From Candidatus Uhrbacteria bacterium (GTDB lineage Bacteria > Patescibacteriota > Patescibacteriia > UBA9934), in the NCBI GenBank assembly GCA_018673485.1, contig JABHCP010000001.1, forward strand, positions 3,512 to 67,511: DNA of 64,000 nucleotides, read 5' to 3'. The position numbers and the translations under genes were made by a program. Numbering within the stretch: the stretch's first letter is position 1; the number at the start of each line of letters is the position of its first letter. Shown here one piece after another: positions 9,012 through 19,937 of this stretch. The notes under the pieces were generated by a model. It was given only the letters and a program-made list of their open reading frames with translations, had not been told where the DNA came from and searched no databases.

Positions 9012-9920
9012 CTATCCTAATGGGTCGTATCCTCCAATGACCTCTGTGCCGTCATCATAACCATCGCCGTCTGAATCTGGATTTGTTGGGTCTGTTCCGT
9101 GCAAGCGAACTTCTTCATAATCTGACAAACCGTCATCATCTGAATCTGAATCTTCATCACTTGTTCCCTGATATCTTTCTTCGTCAGCGTCCAATCCATC
9201 AAAATCTTTATCACCTGGCCCCACCATTTCAAGACAGGTATATTTATATTCTCGGATCCCAACTAAATAACATTTAGTTGGGTCTTGAGCTTCAATTGCC
9301 TCAGCCATAATTGCACCATATTTACATTGCGCGTCAGATATAATCTCATTATCGCAATTGCCGTTAATGCTTGCGTTTTGAGCCCACAATGCATGACAAT
9401 TATCAACTTTTTCTGAACTAGAATACTCCTCGCAATCACTGTAGGTATAATCATCACTCATTGTTTGAGTCACTATGGCATCACCACAACTATCCCTTGT
9501 TTCTTGATCTTCAATTTTTTTACAATCATCGGCATCTAAGGATGTCAAAGCGGATAATGCTGCGCACGAATCATAATCATCACCTTCAAGCTCATCACAA
9601 TAAGCGGTGTCACCAGTTTGTTGAGCCAACCGTGGAGCAGCACTTGCAATACATTTCTCTACGTCATCAGCACTCTGACATGACTCAATATAAAGCCTTG
9701 TACTTTGCTCAATATCGTTGCTACTACTGAAAAATGAACTAATCACAAACATTAACAACCAAACAACAAGGCCGATGACAATAATCGCACCAATGACTCT
9801 CCTAATAAGCACTCGATGCATTAACAGCCTATCTCTAAGACTGATAGTCTTCTCACCTTCTTGATCAATCTCATACCAATCAACCTGCTTTTCATCAAAT
9901 TGTTTTTGTTCGTTTTTCAT
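9012..9920 (-). CDS. single-pass membrane protein, Cys-rich ectodomain plus C-terminal TSP3-like repeat module
   Basis: Transmembrane helix VIGAIIVIGLVVWLLMFVISSFF, many Cys, DSDSDDDGLSDYEEVRLHGTDPTNPDSDGDGYDDGTEVIGGYDPLG. Confidence 0.6.
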   Translation of the reverse strand: MKNEQKQFDEKQVDWYEIDQEGEKTISLRDRLLMHRVLIRRVIGAIIVIGLVVWLLMFVISSFFSSSNDIEQSTRLYIESCQSADDVEKCIASAAPRLAQQTGDTAYCDELEGDDYDSCAALSALTSLDADDCKKIEDQETRDSCGDAIVTQTMSDDYTYSDCEEYSSSEKVDNCHALWAQNASINGNCDNEIISDAQCKYGAIMAEAIEAQDPTKCYLVGIREYKYTCLEMVGPGDKDFDGLDADEERYQGTSDEDSDSDDDGLSDYEEVRLHGTDPTNPDSDGDGYDDGTEVIGGYDPLG

Positions 9921-9932
9921 ATGATTGAAAGA

Positions 9933-12900
9933 TTAATCAGTACACATATTAAGATACATATCGGACAATTCAACCGTTCCCTCTCCATTTAAAGACACTC
10001 TCAGTGTCACTGTTTGTTCACTGGACTCATCACATGCGAATGTACTTGGAAGATTGATCGACCTGCTTGATCCAGCTCCAACAGTGGAAGCCTCAGTCTC
10101 ACCATCAAATGTCAACGAAATCGTTACATTAAGAATAGCGTCAACAATTGCTTCATACATATCAGCCAATTCATTCGCTGTTGTTGCGCTGTAAGCATAC
10201 GTTGTTCCATTGTCCGGCACTACACAGTCATGATTACCTTCTGTGGTCATAACTCCACATGAACCACCACCGTCTGTATCACTAATATCTGTGCATTCCA
10301 TGCTAGACCATCGTTGCATCTGAGCGATTTGACAGTCGTTACTGCTTAATACTGCCGAGAATACCTCAACACCAGCGTCCTTGATGTCATCAAGGAGATT
10401 GCTTACTCCTCGCATATATTCATCCGTATCCATAACATCATCACCGTCTGTATCTTCTGTGTCGATATGATCAAAGTACAAACTTTCGTAATCAGTATTG
10501 TAAATGTTTCCATCAGTGAAAATAATCATATACTCATTGTCAGCATACCCAGAGAATCCCAGCGCAGCGTCCTCAATAGATTCATAAATAGGTGTTCCAG
10601 TTACACCGTCAACAACTAGGCCATCGGATATGCTCAATTGAGTATCTGACTCTGTTGTATACACGCCTGCCGAACTTGCAGCCTCCAACATCAAGAACTT
10701 ACCTTCTCCAGACGACGCATAGCTCGCCCAAGCAATTAATGGCTTAAATGAACTCATGGCTTGATCCCACAGTGACATAGATGCTAACTTTGTACCCTTT
10801 AAGCCTGGGGTGAAAACAGTTGCATCATCTGCCTCTCCAACACCATCTGTGCCAGATGTACCACTGTCACCCAATCCATCATCGGTGCTACTATCATCAT
10901 CCTCACAAAGAGCCTCACAGTCAGCCACATCTACAGCCATTTCCCCACAATCACACACAACTGGGTCTGGCTCGACCTCTTCACACTCATCACCTATTCC
11001 ATCACCATCTGTATCTGTTTGCGAAGAATTGGAATCATCTGGACAGTTATCATCTTCATCTACTATTCCATCACCATCTGTATCTACAGGAGCCGTATAA
11101 GTTTGATGTGTCCCTCCAATATACGCCCATCCGATCCCCATATTTGCTGAGGTTCCATCATACGCTTCATGTAGAGACGTAATTGCATCACTAACAGCTG
11201 ATTCCAGAACCTCGATCCTGGTACTATCCCCCAGCTCTGAACTCATTGATCCTGAAAGGTCAATAACGAACATAATTTCTACATCCGGATACTCTCTGTC
11301 ACTCTGATCAATTGAAATACTAATCCCATCAGAAACGGTACATGCTGGAATATACAATGTAACTGTGTCACCACTGACTACACTAGTTGCAGTAGCGTCA
11401 TATGGCGCCAGATCTACGGTGTAGCTTCTGCTTGCCCCAATCTGATTCGTCTGCATTGAAATGCTTTGCGCAGTGTATGTAAACGGACAAGTTGACTCGC
11501 ATGACGCGTCACAACTTGGAGCAACACATGTGCTAATGCCGTCCATGCAAAGTTCGGAAGTCGGAGAACAGTAACTACCATCACTCCAGGCAGCACCCCC
11601 TGCATCTCCACCTTCGCAAACACCAGTCGGCACACATGAACGTCCCTCATCGTCCACCAATCCATAATCGCTTGCAAGGCATGTTTCTCCAATTCCTAGG
11701 CCTGCACGCTGATATAGAGTCTCACTGTAATAATTATATAAAACATCAGTTCCATCACAAGTCTCGCTTCCGTTAATAACTCCGTCACCGCAGAAACTTC
11801 CAGATGTTGTGACATTCACACAGCTCTCATTACAATACGCACAAGTTGATCCGTATGTAGCCGAGCATATTTGACCGTTGTCGATACCCTCATCGCAATT
11901 CTCCATGCCAGCGTAAACATATCCGTCACCACAAACGTTGCTGGTGCACTCTATTGTGCAGTCGTCTGTTGAGTCGTCATTTCCATCATCACACTCTTCG
12001 CCGTCGTCAACCACTCCGTCTCCACAAGACCCTGGTGCAATACAATCTATGTCTGCCCAATCCTCTCCCCACTCGCAAACAGAGTCATCACAACTTCGTG
12101 TGCGGATTGTTTGATATTCAAATGTTGAGCAAATTCCATCCCCTCCTACGCTACTATCACAATAACTATTAACTCCACACGGCTCACCGGTCTTGCTAGC
12201 GTCTCCATCGATACACACGGTGGTATAAGGGCACTCATTGGCCGTATCTTTGGAAATATCATCAGGATCAGAGTCTCCACAGACCGCAGTGCCCGCCTCA
12301 ATCTCAGCCTCAATATCGATATCGTCGCCGTCACTTAGCCCAAAAGTACCCGATGCACAATCGCTATCTTGTTCGCATTCACCATCATTGTCCGACATTC
12401 CTGATGAACAAATCTTTCCGGAATAAGTTTCTGTGTTTCCATCGCACTCTTCTGAATCATCTGCTGTGCTATCTCCACAATATGGCGCTGGACCGGAACA
12501 ATCCCAAGCACAAGTGTCAGACGCGCTTGCACTATAAACTCCGTTCAGATATGTACACGCCCCTGCTCCATAGGCAGCTCCAGACGCTGGTGCCACAGAT
12601 CCACAGTCGCACAGCTCACCACCAGCAAGCTCTCCATCTCCGCAGTAGGTACGTGCTGAGTTAGTACAATCTGCACCACAGAATCCATAACTACCATTTA
12701 AAGATCCATCATCGCATTCCTCACCAGCTTCTAAAACTCCGTTTCCACAACTCAAAACTTCACACTCTAATGTTGCGTCATAACCTGAACACTCTGAGTT
12801 ACAATTGTTTAATATATATCCATCATTAACTCCATCTTCATCTGAATCACACGCCGCGCCTGAAGTGGTATCCCCTATTTCACAGGTCTCAGCACTTCCT

Positions 12901-15900
12901 ACTATTCCATCTCCACAAATGTCAGATGAACCCCAAACTGTTGATCCGTCACAAAAGGCTGCTCCATTTTGGAATCCGTCACCAGTACCACTGCCTCCAA
13001 TTAAAATCTGATAATCATCATAAATATTATTATCAATATCTGGCACCCAACTTCCCTGTTCAAACTCAAGCTCAGCGCCTATCACATATCCAGCATCTCC
13101 ATAAGTTCGATAGTGATATGTTCTTGAGTCAACCGGACAAAGGTACTGACCGGTGATTTCGTTTACACAAGTTTCAGAATCATAATCGCTATAACGACCG
13201 GTTCCGCAAAGTATGTATTGATTCAACGGGTCAGCTGCAACGCTTACTCCCAACTCATCTGCCAAAACATCATTCCATGAAGTCCAAACGCTTGATGTCA
13301 ATGAACGCACGAAACTTCCTGACTCAATTTGTGGAATCGTGCCACCCATGTAGCTCGCAATATCAGTAACGTCCCCCAAGCGATCCATGTCACGCATTAG
13401 CTTTGATTTTTCATCAGCGCACTCATAACCTACCGTGGTGCAATCTAAATCCGAAGTACAGCTATCGCCATAGTCCCCGTCTGTGCTGCGGTAACACATC
13501 GCTGTGTCATCAATATTATTTACCAATGACATATTCTCTATAAACATGTCGTAAATCTCTACCGCAGTGCTGCTTGCACCATAGTTGTACGAGACAATTA
13601 CAATATTTGGATACAACGAACCAGATACATAATTAGGCACGGCGACATAAATTGAACGTCCATCCACTACAGCTTGGAACCCATCGATAGTTGTTTCGGT
13701 TGGACTACCTGAGAACCCGTTCGCGTAATACCACGCAAGCGGACTTAGGTACGCCTCGTTCATAATAATCCTCATTCCAATGGCGTCGCCTGTTGGAATG
13801 TTGTCGTCATAAACATTAAAGAAATATTCCTTCAGAACATCATCAGTACCATGCTCTTGAGCCATCACTACTCGCAACTCAGGATAATCATCTGAAATTA
13901 GATCATCATCACCGTCGTCGCGACAATAATATGTTGAGAAGTTCATCCACGCTCGACCATGACGAGCCGATGTTGCAACACCTGCATGGTACCCATCGGC
14001 ACTGTCGCTAAATGGGAAATACTCCAGAGCTGGCCATAAGTTTTCACAAACCACTACTGACACGTCAGCAGTACCAGAGACAGTTGTCGCCTCACAAGTT
14101 CCAGAATCGCCACAGGCGTCCCCGGGTGTACACCCGGTAATGCTCGCGTCACTACTGCAATAGAACGACTCACCCGAGTCATCAACGGTCACAATGGCTG
14201 AGGTTGCGATGTTGGCCTGTCCTGTTATACCTGCCGCTGAATACGACCCTAAAGCAGGGCTTGCTAGATCAACAGTTTCGTCATCCAAAATCATTATTAT
14301 ATCTTCACCATTTGGCGCGCCATAGACATCAACACCGTCAGCGTCAGAACTCCAACTAACCCATCCCCATGCATAACTTGAAATTGGCTCAATTGATTGG
14401 GCTGCGCCTGTGTCATATGAATACGCTGTTGCTGAGAATTCATGAGACTCTCCGGACTCAGTAAACACATTTGGACTATCCGTTTCTCCATCGACAATAT
14501 CAACCTCGTCGAGCCCACAAATACTTTGATATGTTTCAAATATTTGTGAATGATCTCCATCCATTGCTACACCGTACCTTGTTAGCAATCCCTCGCGCGC
14601 TGTGTCGTCGAGCTCATCACCATAAACATAAATTGAATACTGAGCGTCGGGTGCCAGCGCTTCGTCGTAATGGAATACTACCTTGTAAACCTCATCCGCA
14701 CCCTCGCCTACGGTGCTCTGCGCAAAGCCAGTCATTGGCATAACACAGTCTCCACCATTTTGAGCTTGGACAATTGGAGCCAACATTCTACTAATCAAAC
14801 TAAAGGCTCGGCTCCACCAACCCTTTTGAATTTCATTCATTGCTATTGTTGAATGCGTACTTGGGCACAGTCCATCATCCGTCGTTGACACATCAAGGAT
14901 CAAAAATGCATTGTCATCAAATGATGATACGTCCATCTGCATATCAAACAATCCGTAAATCTCGGCATTTAAACATGCGCTTGAACCATTCGGGAAAAGA
15001 TCTGGATCAGGGCGTGCCATGCAACAACCAGTTGTAGCTGGGCCATAGCCCTCGTCACAGTCATCATCGTTTTCAGCTACACACGACAAGTAAAGCGAAG
15101 TGTAAGCTGAAAGTCCGTCATATGAAACCTCGATTGTTGACGTTGCAATATTTGTATCCATATCAACCTGCTCAGCTGCATCATCGATGATTTGAGCAAG
15201 CTGTACTGGGTCTGGATAACCATCAGGTCCAGCGCCATACGAGCTTTCCTCGCACACTGCCAACTCACCACTTCCTACAACTCCGTCTCCACAAACTGAA
15301 GGGTCGACGTAATAAATTGAAGAACCTGAGAGCAAGCAATCACTAGAGCACCACTCTTCCCCATCGCAATCCTCACCAGCGCCAGTGGAGCTGTCTTGAT
15401 CGAGCGACTCATCACCACAAGTTCCATAGCTTCCAGCTGAACCTTCACGCAAACAACTTGAAGAACACCCATCACCATCGATGGTGTTACCGTCGTCGCA
15501 TGTTTCATAAGGAGCATCTATATCCCAATCTCCGTCTCCACACTCAGCTGCAACTTGAGTAATAGGTGTTGTTCCTTCGTTTAAACATACTGAGGAACAT
15601 CCGTCACCTGAGGATGCATTTCCGTCGTCGCACTCTTCTCCACCTTGATCGTCCTCATGTGCCTCATCAAGATTTCCACAAGTTGCTCCGACTGACTGCG
15701 AGCCCTCGTTCAAACACGAACTTGAGCATCCGTCACCATTTCTCGAATTACTATCATCGCACTCCTCACCAGCATCCAAGTCTCCGTCTCCACAACATGA
15801 CGCGTCGTCTTGACCACAAGTTGAACTAGAATAAACACACTCTTCGTCAGACCCGCAAACTGTGCCAGAGATTGAGCAAGTGCCCTCCAGTGTTTCAGTG

Positions 15901-18900
15901 TCGCTGATCTCACAAACATCCTGACACTCCACGTCTGTACTACACGAGTCTCCAGTACTAGAGCATGAATACGTACAGGCGCTGGAACCAACATTTTGAC
16001 ATGTACTTGAACACGTAACATCGTCGGTGTCATCGCAGTCCTCACCAATCTCTACTATACCGTTACCACAAATTCCATAATATATTTCAGATCCTGTAGC
16101 AACGCACTCGGAAGTGCATCCAGACGGAATATTAGTTTGTCCGACATCAAATAGATCGCTTGAAATAGTCACCCACTGCGCGACATCCTCATCATCCACT
16201 ATTGGATCGGTCCACACCCACTCATATTCATAGCCATTCAATTCTTGTCCGGCAACTGAACAACTATCCGGATCTCCATAGGCAGTTACTTCGTAATACT
16301 GTGTGTCGCCAATGCTATCAAGTGTAATATTTTCTGGCTCCAAGCCTATGCGACCGACCAAACAAAGTGCATCGTCGTCCTTAGTCCCAAAAGTCCAAGA
16401 AAAATCATCGCCATAGTTTGTTCGTGACAGTGGAACTCCGCTTGTCGAGATAGCTGACCCCGAAACTATAACTCTATAATATTCTGCTTCTTTCAGCTCT
16501 GTGCCATATGTAGTGTCAGAAATTACCAGAGCAACCTCTGAACATCCAACAGATTCGATATCAGTTGAATCTCCAATAGAATCTGTATCGCTACAGCTTG
16601 CCACAGTTGTAATTTCTGAAAGAGTTGCGCAAAGCTCGTTCGCGCATGAATACAACGCTATATCACCAAGAACTGAATCATCCATTAGTGTATTGAAAGT
16701 TACGCTGATCGCACCGTTAATGCATGCGGTATCACAGTCTGGCAAGTAATCACTTACATAAGGATCCGCAAAGTTCACTATCACCTCGGCGTCTCCCTCT
16801 GTACCACTAGCCTGCTCTTCTGCAGTTAGCACCGTCGTACCCTCCGCTACCGCCACTGCTGACTGACAATACTCGTCGCTTATAGTCGCACAACTCGTCA
16901 GCCCAACATATGAACCAGTATCCAAATCCCAATCCCATGAGTAATCAACTGGATTTAGCACCTGGCACTCTTGAAGTGGAAGTGCATTAAACTCTGATTC
17001 ATCTCCCTGCTCGTCGATTGTCGCTGATATCGGACTAACCAAAACCTCGGATACATCACAATCCTCCTCACTTGCACCAGTTGTGAAAGTCCATGAATAT
17101 TCCTGGCTTAAGTTCTGTCCATCTTGGGACATTATTTGATCACTAACTTCTACTAAATACGAAGTGCTTGTCTTAAATTTTCCGCCATTATATGTTGAGT
17201 GTGCTGTCCATATAAACGATGTCTGAGTGGCGCTCGCGCTATCTTGCACTGAATCTGCCAAAACCTCTGCCGCGTCCTTATCGTCACCGCTTAGATCGCA
17301 ATCACTGTCCTCGCACTCATAAACTTTGATGTAGTCGCTCGTGATAGTGCTTGTATCCATTAATGTGCTGAAAGTTCCACGCACAACCGCATTAGTGCAC
17401 GCCTCTCGCGTGAAGCGATAGTTAGGCACGGCACTCACCAAAGTATCCGAACATTCAACTAAAAGTTCAGGCACTACCGGTATGGGTCCAGTTGAGAAAA
17501 ACCAGCTATACCCACCCAGCGACAATGTGGTGTCACTCGACTCTTCTGCTCCTATTTCAAAATTAAGCGTGTTACTTTCTTCTCCTCCGGCTGAAGTAAC
17601 ACTCAACGCTCCAGTCTGCGCTCCAGACGGAACATTTACAGTAATATCACTATCGCTCCAGTCACCAGAGACGACTGTAGCGCTCACACCGCTGAAAAAC
17701 TCAACTGAACCAATGTCAGAGCCAAGGTTCTCTCCATAAATAACCACGGTATCATCCACTTCGCCCATATCCGGATCAATTGCGCAAATTCCCGGCGTTG
17801 GGTCATCATTTGTTACTTCAAAATCCATAGCCTCGGAGTCAATATCGGCCTGGCTTGTTATATAAATATCATAGTCCCCTACCGTAAGACTGTCTCCGCC
17901 TGTAAATTCGTCAGGCACTATTACAGTTATTTCGGTGGTATCCCAAATTTGTCCCTCACACTCATCTGGAAACTCAATACTTCCTTGCGCTGTGTATCCG
18001 CTGGTCTGATCCTCAAACCAAACGGTGCCCAAAGAAGATCCAAAGCTTGTTCCGGAGATCGTTACATATTGACCGATCCCTCCACTATCAGGCTCAACTG
18101 AATAAATAGTTGGTACAATGTCATCTCCATAATCAACACCAAAGCTGATCTCGTTTGAAGTCACTCCATCAACTGTCACAGAAAGATCAACGTACTCACC
18201 GGCAGTGAGTGACGGAACAGTAATTGTGAGTGACGAATCTGACCACCTAGAGTAACTGCTCGTCGTGGTTGTATTAAAACTTACAAATGAATCATCTCGA
18301 CTGTCTCCAAAGCCTAGCCCAGAAAGTGACACTCCGTCTCCGACTTCAGCAGTATCAGGACTAACGTTACAAAGACTTGGTCGCTGCGTATCATTAACAT
18401 CAAAATCATCAATTAATGCACCCGAATCATCGTCGGTTGCGTCTGAATACCCTCGAGGTATCTCGATTGTAATTGGACCATCAGCTGCTCCGTCTGGTAC
18501 TTCAGCAATGATCTCCTCAGAGTTCCAACCGTCACCACATGATGGAATATCGGCCTCAACTGTGCCACCCGCACCATCTGCGAAGTAAACGGAACCAGTT
18601 GACCCAAAACCGGATCCAGAAATAGTTACATAAGTTCCAACCGCACCGTTTGAAGGTGAGACGCTACTTATTTCAGGATATGTTACACATGCCCCATCTT
18701 CACAGTCTCCACCCGAACAATCACTATCTTCAGAGCATGATTCACCATCGCAACTACCACAACTTCCACCGCAATCAACCCCCTCTTCGTCACCATCCAA
18801 TACTCTACTAAAACAATGAGCTGGCAGAATCCTAATTCGAACAGAATCAGAATCTTCATTTCCAGCAATATCGGTCACTGTAACTTCGAGCGTGTAACGT

Positions 18901-19928
18901 GCATCTTCCTCGGCGTCATCTGTGTACCAAGTGCTCTCGATTGTCACGTCAGACAAGTCTGCACCACTGGCTGCAACACTATCGAACCAATCGTCACCGG
19001 CATAAAAATCAGCAACTGATATTTCACTATCATCTGTTGCAGATATTTGAACAAGCGTTGAACTATCCGCTGGAATCATCTCACCACTATCTGGATATGT
19101 GACGCTTACATTGGGGTCCTCTGTATCAACTATGTCCCCTGTTGTGAAAGTCGATGTACAACTTACAGCCGAACAATCTAGAGAGGTTCCTGATGTGCTA
19201 TCAATATCGCTATCAACTACAACTGTGTATTGTGTATTTTCACCAAAACAGAATCGATCTTCATTAGGTTCCGGGCAAGGCTCCGATGGTGTAAACGTAA
19301 CTTTATTTCCAGAAATCTCTAATGTGCCATCAACCTCATCGCCAGTTTCTGTATTAGAAATAGTAAGATTGCCCTCAACGGTATCCTCTTGAACTCGCCG
19401 GCTAAAAGTAACATTCAAAACCACGTTTCGAATTGAAACCTCACCTTCTGGTGAATAACTGGCAACTGCAAAGCTCGAAGCCGATCCACCACCCATACCA
19501 CTGGACGCCCCTGAAGAACTTGAGCTTGAACTCGATCCTGAGCCACCCGAGCCGTCTGTTAAGGCCCCTAACACAAATGTGGTGATTGACCAGGACAAAA
19601 GTATTATTCCCAGGCCAATAAAGCCATTTAATAAAATCTTTTTCGCTTTATCCACTTTGTCAGGGTCGCCTTGGGCTGTCATCCAGACAAATCCTCCGTA
19701 CAGCACGATGACCACTGCAATAACGCCCAGCACCGTCAGAAAGGTTCTGATCAGCCTGGCGACTATGATTTGCAGACTCTCATCTTGCAAACCGCTAGTC
19801 TCACCTACAGTTTCAAGTTCATCAACTTGAGCGTACGCTGTGTGGATTGGTGCTAAAACACCTCCCGACACAGTAAATACGACTGCGAGTGCGCTTAATA
19901 GTAAAGTGAAACGTTTGAGTAATGACAT
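9933..19928 (-). CDS. giant (3331 aa) membrane-anchored surface protein with IPT/TIG repeats, Myxococcus-type cysteine-rich repeats, a vWA domain and TSP3 repeats
   Basis: N-terminal signal peptide plus a two-helix module (LGVIAVVIVLYGGFVWMTAQGDPDKVDKAKKILLNGFIGLGIILL). Repeated SPxxGxxGxYVTISGxxFG IPT-like units. At least 8 CGDGxxxxGEECDDGNxxxGDGCSxxC units. MIDAS motif DVEIMFVIDLSGSMS. DTDGDGIVDEDDNCPDDSNSSQTDTDGDGIGDEC. Confidence 0.85.
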   Translation of the reverse strand: MSLLKRFTLLLSALAVVFTVSGGVLAPIHTAYAQVDELETVGETSGLQDESLQIIVARLIRTFLTVLGVIAVVIVLYGGFVWMTAQGDPDKVDKAKKILLNGFIGLGIILLSWSITTFVLGALTDGSGGSGSSSSSSSSGASSGMGGGSASSFAVASYSPEGEVSIRNVVLNVTFSRRVQEDTVEGNLTISNTETGDEVDGTLEISGNKVTFTPSEPCPEPNEDRFCFGENTQYTVVVDSDIDSTSGTSLDCSAVSCTSTFTTGDIVDTEDPNVSVTYPDSGEMIPADSSTLVQISATDDSEISVADFYAGDDWFDSVAASGADLSDVTIESTWYTDDAEEDARYTLEVTVTDIAGNEDSDSVRIRILPAHCFSRVLDGDEEGVDCGGSCGSCDGESCSEDSDCSGGDCEDGACVTYPEISSVSPSNGAVGTYVTISGSGFGSTGSVYFADGAGGTVEADIPSCGDGWNSEEIIAEVPDGAADGPITIEIPRGYSDATDDDSGALIDDFDVNDTQRPSLCNVSPDTAEVGDGVSLSGLGFGDSRDDSFVSFNTTTTSSYSRWSDSSLTITVPSLTAGEYVDLSVTVDGVTSNEISFGVDYGDDIVPTIYSVEPDSGGIGQYVTISGTSFGSSLGTVWFEDQTSGYTAQGSIEFPDECEGQIWDTTEITVIVPDEFTGGDSLTVGDYDIYITSQADIDSEAMDFEVTNDDPTPGICAIDPDMGEVDDTVVIYGENLGSDIGSVEFFSGVSATVVSGDWSDSDITVNVPSGAQTGALSVTSAGGEESNTLNFEIGAEESSDTTLSLGGYSWFFSTGPIPVVPELLVECSDTLVSAVPNYRFTREACTNAVVRGTFSTLMDTSTITSDYIKVYECEDSDCDLSGDDKDAAEVLADSVQDSASATQTSFIWTAHSTYNGGKFKTSTSYLVEVSDQIMSQDGQNLSQEYSWTFTTGASEEDCDVSEVLVSPISATIDEQGDESEFNALPLQECQVLNPVDYSWDWDLDTGSYVGLTSCATISDEYCQSAVAVAEGTTVLTAEEQASGTEGDAEVIVNFADPYVSDYLPDCDTACINGAISVTFNTLMDDSVLGDIALYSCANELCATLSEITTVASCSDTDSIGDSTDIESVGCSEVALVISDTTYGTELKEAEYYRVIVSGSAISTSGVPLSRTNYGDDFSWTFGTKDDDALCLVGRIGLEPENITLDSIGDTQYYEVTAYGDPDSCSVAGQELNGYEYEWVWTDPIVDDEDVAQWVTISSDLFDVGQTNIPSGCTSECVATGSEIYYGICGNGIVEIGEDCDDTDDVTCSSTCQNVGSSACTYSCSSTGDSCSTDVECQDVCEISDTETLEGTCSISGTVCGSDEECVYSSSTCGQDDASCCGDGDLDAGEECDDSNSRNGDGCSSSCLNEGSQSVGATCGNLDEAHEDDQGGEECDDGNASSGDGCSSVCLNEGTTPITQVAAECGDGDWDIDAPYETCDDGNTIDGDGCSSSCLREGSAGSYGTCGDESLDQDSSTGAGEDCDGEEWCSSDCLLSGSSIYYVDPSVCGDGVVGSGELAVCEESSYGAGPDGYPDPVQLAQIIDDAAEQVDMDTNIATSTIEVSYDGLSAYTSLYLSCVAENDDDCDEGYGPATTGCCMARPDPDLFPNGSSACLNAEIYGLFDMQMDVSSFDDNAFLILDVSTTDDGLCPSTHSTIAMNEIQKGWWSRAFSLISRMLAPIVQAQNGGDCVMPMTGFAQSTVGEGADEVYKVVFHYDEALAPDAQYSIYVYGDELDDTAREGLLTRYGVAMDGDHSQIFETYQSICGLDEVDIVDGETDSPNVFTESGESHEFSATAYSYDTGAAQSIEPISSYAWGWVSWSSDADGVDVYGAPNGEDIIMILDDETVDLASPALGSYSAAGITGQANIATSAIVTVDDSGESFYCSSDASITGCTPGDACGDSGTCEATTVSGTADVSVVVCENLWPALEYFPFSDSADGYHAGVATSARHGRAWMNFSTYYCRDDGDDDLISDDYPELRVVMAQEHGTDDVLKEYFFNVYDDNIPTGDAIGMRIIMNEAYLSPLAWYYANGFSGSPTETTIDGFQAVVDGRSIYVAVPNYVSGSLYPNIVIVSYNYGASSTAVEIYDMFIENMSLVNNIDDTAMCYRSTDGDYGDSCTSDLDCTTVGYECADEKSKLMRDMDRLGDVTDIASYMGGTIPQIESGSFVRSLTSSVWTSWNDVLADELGVSVAADPLNQYILCGTGRYSDYDSETCVNEITGQYLCPVDSRTYHYRTYGDAGYVIGAELEFEQGSWVPDIDNNIYDDYQILIGGSGTGDGFQNGAAFCDGSTVWGSSDICGDGIVGSAETCEIGDTTSGAACDSDEDGVNDGYILNNCNSECSGYDATLECEVLSCGNGVLEAGEECDDGSLNGSYGFCGADCTNSARTYCGDGELAGGELCDCGSVAPASGAAYGAGACTYLNGVYSASASDTCAWDCSGPAPYCGDSTADDSEECDGNTETYSGKICSSGMSDNDGECEQDSDCASGTFGLSDGDDIDIEAEIEAGTAVCGDSDPDDISKDTANECPYTTVCIDGDASKTGEPCGVNSYCDSSVGGDGICSTFEYQTIRTRSCDDSVCEWGEDWADIDCIAPGSCGDGVVDDGEECDDGNDDSTDDCTIECTSNVCGDGYVYAGMENCDEGIDNGQICSATYGSTCAYCNESCVNVTTSGSFCGDGVINGSETCDGTDVLYNYYSETLYQRAGLGIGETCLASDYGLVDDEGRSCVPTGVCEGGDAGGAAWSDGSYCSPTSELCMDGISTCVAPSCDASCESTCPFTYTAQSISMQTNQIGASRSYTVDLAPYDATATSVVSGDTVTLYIPACTVSDGISISIDQSDREYPDVEIMFVIDLSGSMSSELGDSTRIEVLESAVSDAITSLHEAYDGTSANMGIGWAYIGGTHQTYTAPVDTDGDGIVDEDDNCPDDSNSSQTDTDGDGIGDECEEVEPDPVVCDCGEMAVDVADCEALCEDDDSSTDDGLGDSGTSGTDGVGEADDATVFTPGLKGTKLASMSLWDQAMSSFKPLIAWASYASSGEGKFLMLEAASSAGVYTTESDTQLSISDGLVVDGVTGTPIYESIEDAALGFSGYADNEYMIIFTDGNIYNTDYESLYFDHIDTEDTDGDDVMDTDEYMRGVSNLLDDIKDAGVEVFSAVLSSNDCQIAQMQRWSSMECTDISDTDGGGSCGVMTTEGNHDCVVPDNGTTYAYSATTANELADMYEAIVDAILNVTISLTFDGETEASTVGAGSSRSINLPSTFACDESSEQTVTLRVSLNGEGTVELSDMYLNMCTD

Positions 19929-19937
19929 GTAACAAGA

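Noticed and set aside
10810-19856. Dozens of 60-120 aa plus-strand ORFs inside the giant minus-strand gene, for example the His-rich 10820..11182
   Set aside because: They are antisense to a continuous 10 kb coding region with coherent domain structure. They are compositional artefacts of the Asp/Gly/Ser-rich sense frame.
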